Shown in pieces: positions 56,171 to 64,000 of a stretch of 64,000 bases of DNA. The notes under the pieces are model-generated. The model was given only the letters and a program-made list of their open reading frames with translations, had not been told where the DNA came from and did not search any database. The DNA lies in assembly GCA_030649735.1 (NCBI GenBank), contig JAUSFL010000023.1, forward strand, positions 1 to 64,000, in the 5' to 3' direction. Each line of letters begins with the position of its first letter. Within the stretch, counting starts at the first letter, position 1. A program made the translations under genes and the position numbers. The stretch is from Candidatus Iainarchaeum sp. GTDB taxonomy: Archaea; Iainarchaeota; Iainarchaeia; Iainarchaeales; UBA10191.

Positions 56171-57925
56171 ATGCCTACCATCAGGAAGCCAATCATCACA
56201 GTCCTTGGGCATGTTGACCATGGAAAGACCTCTTTTTTGGACGCCATTCGCGGAACCACTGTTGTTGAGAAGGAAGCCGGCAGGATTACGCAGCACATTG
56301 GCGCTACTGAAGTCCCAATAGAAGCAGTTACAAAGATTGCCGGCCCGCTTCTTGAAAAATACAAGTTTAATTTGACAATTCCCGGGCTTTTGTTCATTGA
56401 CACTCCGGGCCATGAGGCTTTTTCAAACTTGCGCAGGAGAGGCGGAAGCATTGCGGACTTGGCTGTTTTGGTCATTGACATAATGCAGGCCTGCCAGCCC
56501 CAGACTTCTGAAAGCATTGAAATCTTGAAGGCTTTCAAGGTTCCTTTTGTGATTGTTGCAAACAAGGTTGACTTGATTCAAGGCTGGGAAAAGCATCCTG
56601 GAATGAGCTTTACTGAAAGCATCAAGCTTCAGGAAGACTATGTTCAAACTGATTTGGATGAGAAAATTTACTGTCTGGTTGGGGAAATGTTCCACAAGGG
56701 CTTTGTGTGCGAGCGCTTTGACAGGATTTCTGATTTTACAAAGCAGGTTGCGATAATTCCTTTAAGCGCGAAAGACGCTGAAGGATTGCCTGAAGTTTTG
56801 CTTTTTCTTGCTGGCTTGAGCCAAAAGTTTTTGGAAAGCCAGTTGAGGATTGAAGTTTCAGGCCAGGGAAAGGGAACAGTGCTTGAAGTGAAGGAAGAGA
56901 AAGGGTTGGGAAAAACAATTGATGTCATTTTGTATGATGGCTCTTTGAAAGTCGGCGATGAGATTATTGTCGGCGCAGTTAATGGGTTTGTGAAAACCAA
57001 GATTCGCGCCTTGCTCCAGCCAAAGCCCTTGGATGAAATTCGCTCTCCAGAGCAAAAGTTTGATTCAGTCAGGGAAGTAAGCGCTGCAGTTGGAATAAAG
57101 ATTGCAGCCCCGAATTTGGAAGGCGTTCTTGCAGGCAGTCCTTTGATTGTTTACCAAAAGCCAGAGGATGAAGAGGAAGTGCTCAAGGAAGTTGTTGGAT
57201 TGAACATTGAGTCAGAGGCTTTGGGGCCTGTTGTGAGGACTGATGCATTGGGCAGTTTGGAGGCCTTGACAATGCTTTTGGACAAGGCCGGAATCAAGCC
57301 GCGCTTTGCGTCAGTTGGCGAGGTTTCAAGAAGGGACATTATTGAGGCTGTCGGCGTTGCCAAAGAAGACAAGTTCAAGGGAGTTGTTTTTGCATTCAAC
57401 ACAAAATTGAATGACGGCGCTGTTGAAGAATTGAAAAAAAATCCAGTGAAAGTTTTTTCAGCAAATGTCATTTACAGGCTCATTGAAGATTATGAAAAGT
57501 GGGTTAGTGATGAAAACGCGGCAGAGAAAAAGTCTGTTTTGGAAAAAATCGTGTTTCCTGCAAGAATCATTGTGGTCCGAAATTGCATTTTTCGCAACGC
57601 AAATCCCGCGATTGTTGGAGTGAAGGTTTTGGGCGGCAAATTAAGGCCTGGCGCCAAATTGTTCAATGGCGAGAAATTGCTTGGCGAAGTCATTGCAATA
57701 CAGGACAAGGGAAGCAATTTGCAGGAATTAAAGCAAGGCCAAGAGGCCGCGATTTCCATAACTGACGCGGTTTGCGGCCGCAATCTTTTCGAAGAGGACG
57801 AGCTTTTGACAGTGCTTTCAGTCAATGATTATGCGGAAATTTTGAAAATAAAGGACGCCTTTACGCAGGCTGAATTGGACTTGGCTGAAGAAATCAGGAA
57901 CAAGTTAAGGAAGCAAAGCAAGTAG
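56171..57925 (+). CDS. infB: Translation initiation factor aIF5B (IF-2)
   Basis: LGHVDHGKT, EAGRITQHIGA, IDTPGHEAF, NKVD; ATG 56171. Confidence 0.96.
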   Translation: MPTIRKPIITVLGHVDHGKTSFLDAIRGTTVVEKEAGRITQHIGATEVPIEAVTKIAGPLLEKYKFNLTIPGLLFIDTPGHEAFSNLRRRGGSIADLAVLVIDIMQACQPQTSESIEILKAFKVPFVIVANKVDLIQGWEKHPGMSFTESIKLQEDYVQTDLDEKIYCLVGEMFHKGFVCERFDRISDFTKQVAIIPLSAKDAEGLPEVLLFLAGLSQKFLESQLRIEVSGQGKGTVLEVKEEKGLGKTIDVILYDGSLKVGDEIIVGAVNGFVKTKIRALLQPKPLDEIRSPEQKFDSVREVSAAVGIKIAAPNLEGVLAGSPLIVYQKPEDEEEVLKEVVGLNIESEALGPVVRTDALGSLEALTMLLDKAGIKPRFASVGEVSRRDIIEAVGVAKEDKFKGVVFAFNTKLNDGAVEELKKNPVKVFSANVIYRLIEDYEKWVSDENAAEKKSVLEKIVFPARIIVVRNCIFRNANPAIVGVKVLGGKLRPGAKLFNGEKLLGEVIAIQDKGSNLQELKQGQEAAISITDAVCGRNLFEEDELLTVLSVNDYAEILKIKDAFTQAELDLAEEIRNKLRKQSK

Positions 57926-57940
57926 TTTTTCCGCACATTT

Positions 57941-57946
57941 TTTAAA
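57941..57946 (+). promoter_or_regulatory. TATA box for the ilv leader transcript
   Basis: TTTAAA 24-29 nt upstream of the leader ATG, consistent with a leaderless start. Confidence 0.5.
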
Positions 57947-57969
57947 TTCCTCGCAAGTTATTTATTGTC

Positions 57970-58047
57970 ATGTTTAGTGCAATGCCATCAAAAGTTCTGC
58001 TGCCAGTCGCTGTTTTGGTAGTCTTGGTTGTTGCACTGGTTGCTTAA
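57970..58047 (+). CDS. Putative ilvB leader peptide MFSAMPSKVLLPVAVLVVLVVALVA
   Basis: 25 codons; 8 Val and 5 Leu among the last 17; 86 bp upstream of ilvB; not in the ORF track. Confidence 0.7.
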   Translation: MFSAMPSKVLLPVAVLVVLVVALVA

Positions 58048-58133
58048 GCATTCCTGAAAAAAATCGAATTCTGGGAGTGCGGGATTAAAAAGTTCAGAAG
58101 TCTTTAGAAAAAAAGGAAAGAAAGTGGAAAAAA

Positions 58134-59837
58134 ATGAATGGTGCTGAGGCAGTGTTGAAGGCATTGCAGGAAGAGAAAGTCAGGCATTCTTTCGGGGTTA
58201 CTGGCGGTTCTGTAATTCCATTGTTTGACGAGTACTTCAAGGACAATCATGAAATCAGGCACATTCCAGTAAGGCATGAGCAGGGCGCTGCGCACGCGGC
58301 TGACGGCTATGCAAGGGCTTCTGGAAAGCCAGGAGTTTGCATTGCGACTTCAGGCCCTGGAGCAACTAATTTGGTCACTGGAATAATGACTGCTTTCATG
58401 GATTCTAGTCCAATGGTTGCTTTGGGCGGGCAGGTTGCTACTTCGCTGATTGGGAATGACGCCTTTCAAGAGTCTGACATGATGGGAATAACTCTTCCAA
58501 TAACAAAGCATAATTTTCAAATCCGCTCTCCGGAAAAAATCAATTCCACAATAAAGAACGCGTTCAAGATTGCGACCACTGGAAGGCCCGGGCCTGTTTA
58601 CATTGACTTGCCTAAAGACACTTTAATGAAGGAAGTTTCTGCTGTGGAGAAAGTTCCATTGCATGGCTATAAGCCGAACTTGAAAGGCCATCCATTGCAG
58701 GTGAAAAAGGCTGCAGAGCTTTTGCTGAATGCCGAAAGGCCTGTCTTGCTTTTGGGCGGCGGAGTCATTCTTGCAAACGCCGCAAAGGAAGCTGCAGAAT
58801 TGGCTTTGGAATTCAACATTCCAGTAATAACCACTTTAATGGGAAAGTCGGCATTTCCTGAAACAAATGCTCTCTCGCTTGGAATGCTTGGCATGCATGG
58901 GAGAAAATGCGCGAATTACGCTATTTCCAATGCTGATGTGGTTTTGGCTGTCGGCTGCAGGTTTAATGACAGGATTACTGGAAAGCTTTCAACATTCTTG
59001 AAGGACGCAAAATTAATCCACATTGACGTTGATAATTCAGAGATTGGAAAAATCGTTCCTTCAGCAATTCCGATTGTTGGGGACGCAAAGCTTGTTTTGC
59101 AAGACTTGCTTTTGGCCGCAAAAAAGTTTTCTTTAGCGAAGAAAACAACTTGGTCTGAAAAATTAAAGGTTTTGGCGAAAGAATGCGACTGTGACTTGAA
59201 TATTTCTTCAAATCCGGCAGACCCTAAAAGAGTGATTTTTGAAATTTCCAAAGTCCTCAAGGAAAATGACATTGTAACCACTGGGGTAGGCCAGCATCAA
59301 ATGTTTGCAGCGCACTTCCTAAAGCGCGATAGGCCAAGGACTTTCATTTCCAGCGGCGGCGCCGGAACAATGGGATTTGGATTTCCTGCCGCGATTGGCG
59401 CAAGGCTTGCAAGGCCGGATTCTGAAGTTTTCAACATTGATGGCGATGGAAGCTTTGGAATGAATGTCCAGGAGCTTGCAACCTGCAGGTTTGAAAACAT
59501 TAAGGTCATTCCGGTAATTTTCAATAATTCTTACTTAGGAATGGTCAGGCAGTGGCTTGAACTGTTTTATGAAAAGCGGTATTCCACTGTTGACTTGGGG
59601 CAAAGCACTGACTTTTCTAAAATTTCTGAAGGCTTTGGAGTGAAGGGATTGAGGGTTGAAAGGCCTTCAGAGCTTGCTGAAGCGTTCCAGGCCGCGTTGA
59701 AGAATGATGAAACAACTGTAATTGATGTTGCAATCGCGCCAGAAGCAAACATCACTCCAATGTTTTCTGCGGGCTCTTCAGTCTTTGAAATGTTCGGACC
59801 TTGCATTACTGAAAATTATTTTAAGAGGGCATTGTAA
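58134..59837 (+). CDS. ilvB: Acetolactate synthase large subunit
   Basis: RHEQGAAHAADGYAR, TSGPGATN, GNDAFQE, GMLGMHG, GVGQHQM, DGDGSF...NN.YLGMVRQW. Confidence 0.96.
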   Translation: MNGAEAVLKALQEEKVRHSFGVTGGSVIPLFDEYFKDNHEIRHIPVRHEQGAAHAADGYARASGKPGVCIATSGPGATNLVTGIMTAFMDSSPMVALGGQVATSLIGNDAFQESDMMGITLPITKHNFQIRSPEKINSTIKNAFKIATTGRPGPVYIDLPKDTLMKEVSAVEKVPLHGYKPNLKGHPLQVKKAAELLLNAERPVLLLGGGVILANAAKEAAELALEFNIPVITTLMGKSAFPETNALSLGMLGMHGRKCANYAISNADVVLAVGCRFNDRITGKLSTFLKDAKLIHIDVDNSEIGKIVPSAIPIVGDAKLVLQDLLLAAKKFSLAKKTTWSEKLKVLAKECDCDLNISSNPADPKRVIFEISKVLKENDIVTTGVGQHQMFAAHFLKRDRPRTFISSGGAGTMGFGFPAAIGARLARPDSEVFNIDGDGSFGMNVQELATCRFENIKVIPVIFNNSYLGMVRQWLELFYEKRYSTVDLGQSTDFSKISEGFGVKGLRVERPSELAEAFQAALKNDETTVIDVAIAPEANITPMFSAGSSVFEMFGPCITENYFKRAL

Positions 59838-60340
59838 TGAGTTTTGAGAAAAAATCCAATGGGTTGAGAAAGCACATTGTTGGAATGCTTGTGAATGACG
59901 AGCCCGGGGTTTTGGCAAAGATTTCCGGAATGTTCACTCGCCGCGGCTTTAACATTGACACTATCATTGTCGGAAAGACAAACATTCCTGATGTTTCCCA
60001 CATTGTAATAAGCCTTTTGGGGAATGACAGGACTATAGAGCAGTTGGACAAGCAATTGTACAAAATGATTGACATTGTAAAGCTTGCTGACTTTAGCGAG
60101 TCAAATGCAGTGGTTCGAGAGCATTGCCTCTTGAAGGTTTCTTCCACTGAAAAAAGCGTTGAGCACTTGAATAATGTATGCAAACTTTTCGAGGCCCGCG
60201 TGCTTCACGTGAACACTGAAAGCGTCATTGTGGAACTCGCAAGCTCTCCTTCAAAAATTGATTCATTGATTGAAACCCTTGCCCCTTTTGGAATCAAGGA
60301 ATTAAGCAGGACCGGAGTCAACGCGCTGCAGAAAGACTGA
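59837..60340 (+). CDS. ilvH: Acetolactate synthase small regulatory subunit
   Basis: VNDEPGVLAKISGMFTRRGFNIDT, QLYKMIDI, ELSRTG. Confidence 0.95.
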   Translation: MSFEKKSNGLRKHIVGMLVNDEPGVLAKISGMFTRRGFNIDTIIVGKTNIPDVSHIVISLLGNDRTIEQLDKQLYKMIDIVKLADFSESNAVVREHCLLKVSSTEKSVEHLNNVCKLFEARVLHVNTESVIVELASSPSKIDSLIETLAPFGIKELSRTGVNALQKD

Positions 60341-60341
60341 C

Positions 60342-60362
60342 TTTTTTTTGGTTTTTGGTTTT
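60342..60362 (+). terminator. Oligo-T tract, putative archaeal intrinsic terminator
   Basis: T8-GG-T5-GG-T4 immediately after the ilvH stop. Confidence 0.45.
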
Positions 60363-60405
60363 AAAAACTGGCATATTTTAAATTCTTGGAATTCTTTATT
60401 GTTTA

Positions 60406-61125
60406 ATGCCTCAAATCATCCGTCAAGGCGTTGCTGCCAAGTGGCGTTCTGAAAGACTGCAGCAAGCGCGGAAAAGCCTTCATGACAAATTAAGGGTTTT
60501 CAAAGGGGCCAGCGCGCATCAGAGGAGAATGTACGCTGACTTGAGGAAAACAATTGTTTTTGGAAAGAAATTCCTTTCAACTTTTCCTGAAATTGAAGTG
60601 CGCGGGAAGAAAAGGAAAAAATTTGCATTATTTCTTTCTAGGACTGATTGGGAGTCTCCGGTTTCAATTGCATTGAATGTCCAGGACGTGCCAAAGGGAA
60701 GCAACTTGCCTGGCGCTTGGCATCCCAGGCTAATGCAAAGCAAGCTTGCTGAAGCCGGCTTGGAATTTGACAAAAATAGTGTAATAATGACTCTTCAAGG
60801 AAGGCAATTAACTGAAAGAGAGCAGAAAGCCAAGCCATTGCTTGACTTGTTCAAAAACTGTTCTGGAAAATCTTGGGCTGACTTTCTTGTTGAAAGAGTT
60901 GAAGAGCACGCAAGGCAATTGGGCTTTAAGCAATGCAAAATCAGGGAGCCAAGCACGCTCGTATTTTACCAAACTCCAGTGGTTTCAAAGCCTGGCAGTT
61001 CCAGAAGGCCTGCAACTGATGGGGAAAAATTGAAAATCAGGCAGCAAATGCACAAGCTGTATGACGGCACTGCATTAAGCCACCATTACAGGAAAGAAGG
61101 AGAATTTTGGGTCAAGGATTTGTAA
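60406..61125 (+). CDS. Basic orphan protein, possible GNAT-like C-terminal half
   Basis: FLVERVEEHARQLGFKQCKI...LYD...HYRKEG resembles GNAT motifs A/B. Confidence 0.6.
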   Translation: MPQIIRQGVAAKWRSERLQQARKSLHDKLRVFKGASAHQRRMYADLRKTIVFGKKFLSTFPEIEVRGKKRKKFALFLSRTDWESPVSIALNVQDVPKGSNLPGAWHPRLMQSKLAEAGLEFDKNSVIMTLQGRQLTEREQKAKPLLDLFKNCSGKSWADFLVERVEEHARQLGFKQCKIREPSTLVFYQTPVVSKPGSSRRPATDGEKLKIRQQMHKLYDGTALSHHYRKEGEFWVKDL

Positions 61126-61238
61126 GTTTAAAAAGCAGGGGCTTTTTAAAGATTTTCCACCAATTTTACTGTATTAATTCCTAATTTTTTGGAATTTCTG
61201 CATTTTCGTCTGGGAAACTGGCGAGGGGGTTGTTTTCA

Positions 61239-61730
61239 ATGCAGTTAATAATCAGCGATCCTAAAAACGCAAAGGCTTTTGCAAAAAAAATCGAGGATTC
61301 AAAGCCTTTTATTGGAAAAAAAGTCGGTGACACTGTCCAGCTTTCAAGCGTTGGCTTGGAAGGCTATGAGGCAAAAATTACTGGCGGCAGTGACAAGACT
61401 GGCACTCCAATGCGCTTTGACATTCCAGGCATTGGCAGAAAGAAAGTTTACATTACAACAGGCCCTGGATTTGTTCCTTTAAGGAAAGGCCAGAGGAGAA
61501 GGGTTTTCGTGCGCGGAAACGCTGTTGCTGAAGACATTCATCAATTGAACCTGAAAGTCACAAAATTCGGCTCAAAATCTTTGGAAGAGTATTTCCCAAA
61601 GGCTGAAAAGAAGGAAGAAGAGCAAAAATTGAGCGTTAAGGAAGAAATGGTAAAGAAGTCCTTGGATTCAGTCGACAAAGTGACTGCTGAAGAAGCGGCT
61701 GCAATGGTCAAGGAAATCAAAAAGCATTAA
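61239..61730 (+). CDS. rps6e: 30S ribosomal protein S6e
   Basis: IISDPK, GKKVGD, ITGGSDKTGTPM, GQRRRVFVRGN, QLNLK. Confidence 0.95.
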   Translation: MQLIISDPKNAKAFAKKIEDSKPFIGKKVGDTVQLSSVGLEGYEAKITGGSDKTGTPMRFDIPGIGRKKVYITTGPGFVPLRKGQRRRVFVRGNAVAEDIHQLNLKVTKFGSKSLEEYFPKAEKKEEEQKLSVKEEMVKKSLDSVDKVTAEEAAAMVKEIKKH

Positions 61731-61746
61731 AGAGTGGTTTTGAATA

Positions 61747-63141
61747 GTGGCTGAAAAAAAAACTAAAGTTCCAAAAAAAGCAAAAGTTCCGGAAACTCCA
61801 ATCGCGGAGATTTCTGAAGCTTCGGCTTTGGCTGAAAAGCCAGTCAAAACAAAATCTTCTGCAAAAAAAGCGAGGGAAAAAGAAATTCCCGCAATTGCTG
61901 AAGCAAAAAAACCTGAAAAAAAGCAGGAGAAAATTTTTGCAGGCGAGCCAGAGCCTTTGCAGGCGGCCTTGAACATTGGAATGGTAGGCCATGTAGATCA
62001 TGGAAAAACTTCTTTGACAAAAGCGTTGACTGGCCGCTGGACTGACACGCACAGTGAAGAGCTCAAGAGGGGAATTTCAATTCGCCTAGGCTATGCTGAC
62101 GCGACTTTCAGGAAATGCCCGAACTGTAAGGGAAGCGAGGCATTCACTTCGCAAAAAACCTGCCCTTCCTGCGGCACAGCAGCAAAAGTCTTGCGGAAAA
62201 TCAGCATTGTTGACGCTCCAGGCCATGAGACTTTAATGGCAACAATGCTTTCAGGCGCGGCTTTAATGCATGGCGCGATTTTGGTCATTGCTGCAAACGA
62301 GCCTTGCCCTCAGCCTCGCACTGCAGAGCATTTGATGGCCTTGATGCTTTCAGGGATCGAGCACATTGTCGTTGCCCAAAACAAGGTTGACCTAGTGCCT
62401 AGGGAGCAGGCAATGCAAAATTATCAGGCAATAAAGAAATTCCTGCAAGAGAACGGATTTGAAAAAGCGCCGATAATCCCGACTGCAGCAAATATTGGGG
62501 CAAACATTGACTTGCTTATTGAGGCAATCCAGGAAGCAATTCCGACTCCAGAGTTTGACACTTCAAAGCCTGCAAAAATGTATGTTGCAAGGAGCTTTGA
62601 CATCAACAAGCCTGGAATTATTCCAGAACAGCTTGTTGGCGGAGTTGTTGGGGGAAGCATTATTGAAGGCAAAATTAAAGTCGGTGATGAAATTGAAATT
62701 TCTCCAGGCATTGAGGGAAAAAAAGTGCTGACCAAGGTTTCAAGCCTTAGCACTTCAAACAACAAGCTTCAAGAGGCAATGCCTGGCGGATTGATTGCAA
62801 TCGGAACTTTGATTGATCCTTCAATTACTCGCAATGACCAATTGCGCGGCCAAGTTGTCGGAATGCCTGGAAAGCTTCCAGAGCCTGTTTCCCGCCTTAA
62901 GCTGGAATTGCATTTAATCAAAAGGCTGATAACGCAGGAATTGCAGGAAATTAAAATGAACGAGCCTGTTGTCTTGACTGTAGGCACAATGACCACTGTC
63001 GGAACAGTTGTTTCAAGCACTAAAGAGAGAATTGATGTTTTATTGAAAGCGAAAGTGATTGCGGAAAAAGGCCAAAAAATCGCAATCAGCAAGAAAGATG
63101 CCGGAAGATGGAGGTTGGCTGCTTTTGGAATCTGCAATTAA
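61747..63141 (+). CDS. eif2g: Translation initiation factor aIF2 gamma subunit, N-terminally extended
   Basis: NIGMVGHVDHGKT, EELKRGISIRLGYA, DAPGHETLMATMLSGA, QNKVD, RSFDINKPG. Confidence 0.96.
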   Translation: MAEKKTKVPKKAKVPETPIAEISEASALAEKPVKTKSSAKKAREKEIPAIAEAKKPEKKQEKIFAGEPEPLQAALNIGMVGHVDHGKTSLTKALTGRWTDTHSEELKRGISIRLGYADATFRKCPNCKGSEAFTSQKTCPSCGTAAKVLRKISIVDAPGHETLMATMLSGAALMHGAILVIAANEPCPQPRTAEHLMALMLSGIEHIVVAQNKVDLVPREQAMQNYQAIKKFLQENGFEKAPIIPTAANIGANIDLLIEAIQEAIPTPEFDTSKPAKMYVARSFDINKPGIIPEQLVGGVVGGSIIEGKIKVGDEIEISPGIEGKKVLTKVSSLSTSNNKLQEAMPGGLIAIGTLIDPSITRNDQLRGQVVGMPGKLPEPVSRLKLELHLIKRLITQELQEIKMNEPVVLTVGTMTTVGTVVSSTKERIDVLLKAKVIAEKGQKIAISKKDAGRWRLAAFGICN

Positions 63142-63508
63142 AATCGCGTTTGACACCAACATGCTTTTGGGCATTGAGCAATTCAAGCTTCACTTGAAGG
63201 AAGAAATCGACAGGGTTTTGCCCAAGGCAGAATTGGCTGTCCCGGACCAGGTTATTGAAGAATTGGGAAAGCTCGCTTTCAAAAGCAAGGCATTGGAAAA
63301 GCAGGTTAAAATCGCGCTTGCGTTTTTGAAGGCTGAGAAAGTCAAAACATTGAAATGGCGTGAAATTAACGCCGACAAAGCCCTTTTAGGGCTTTCGAAG
63401 AATGGTTTTATAATAGCGACTAACGACAAGGAACTGAGGAAAAGCATAAAAAAGAATTCTGGCAAATGCTTAATACTCAGGAAAAAAAAGTACTTAATTT
63501 TGGAATAA
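63125..63508 (+). CDS. PIN-domain protein (Fcf1/Utp24-like)
   Basis: FDTNML, VIEEL, AD, IATNDKELR; conserved position between aIF2gamma and rpoE'. Confidence 0.85.
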   Translation: MESAIKIAFDTNMLLGIEQFKLHLKEEIDRVLPKAELAVPDQVIEELGKLAFKSKALEKQVKIALAFLKAEKVKTLKWREINADKALLGLSKNGFIIATNDKELRKSIKKNSGKCLILRKKKYLILE

Positions 63509-63545
63509 TGGTTTTGAAAAATTTTGAAAAAAAGAGGTTGAAAGA

Positions 63546-64000
63546 ATGTATCAAGTATGCACTGTTCACGACACTGTCAGGGTTCCGCCAAACAAGTTTG
63601 CGGGAGAAATCAACAAGTCAATCTTAAAGATTGTTCAAGAGCAGTATGAAGGGCTCGTGGACGAGGATTTGGGCGTTGTTGTTTCAGTAGTTAGCGCTTC
63701 AAAAACCAGCGAGGGAAAAGTCGTTCCAGGGGACGGCGCGGCATATTATGATGCAGACCTCGAGCTTTTGATGTACAAGCCAATAGTGCAGGAAGTAGTT
63801 GAAGGAAGCATTTCTGAAGTGACTGAATTTGGGGCTTTCATAAAAACAGGGCCTTTGGAAGGCTTGATTCACGTTTCGCAAATAATGGATGATTACATAA
63901 ATCATGACGCAAAGCTTCCTGGCTTTGTCGGAAAAGAGTCCGGGAAAAAATTAACAAAGAACGAGAATGTGCTTGCAAGGATTGTGACTGTTTCATTGAG
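63546..64000 (+). CDS. rpoE1: RNA polymerase subunit E' (Rpo7), truncated by the window end
   Basis: MYQVCTVHDTVRVPP...GKVVPGDGAAY...EFGAFIKTGPLEGLIHVSQIMDD. Confidence 0.93.
   Translation, partial: MYQVCTVHDTVRVPPNKFAGEINKSILKIVQEQYEGLVDEDLGVVVSVVSASKTSEGKVVPGDGAAYYDADLELLMYKPIVQEVVEGSISEVTEFGAFIKTGPLEGLIHVSQIMDDYINHDAKLPGFVGKESGKKLTKNENVLARIVTVSL

Overview
Gene-dense archaeal chromosome segment, probably from a DPANN lineage such as Iainarchaeota/Diapherotrites (inferred from gene content, not tested). It has two tRNAs (Lys-UUU, initiator Met), Trm56, TFE, Taw1, a type IV pilus locus with KaiC-like ATPases, and a complete archaeal (Aeropyrum-type) mevalonate operon. It also has GGR with ferredoxin, GluRS, and the conserved L7Ae-S28e-L24e-ndk-aIF5B-S6e-aIF2gamma-PIN-RpoE' string, interrupted by a nucleotide-metabolism block and by ilvBH. 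Two signals stand out. (1) An AT-rich locus at 1.6-4.8 kb carries six convergently oriented copies of AGTTAGGCACTACA, and a seventh lies at 49.3 kb. They surround a winged-helix protein with a likely membrane-binding N-terminus, a possible Cas2-like-fold protein, a PRC-barrel (CdpB-like) protein and XerA, at an apparent strand-skew switch. This is a candidate chromosome terminus/origin-to-divisome system. (2) An unannotated 25-codon Val/Leu-rich leader ORF with alternative pairings lies directly upstream of ilvB, a candidate ribosome-dependent attenuator in an archaeon. All calls come from motif recognition by eye; no searches were run.
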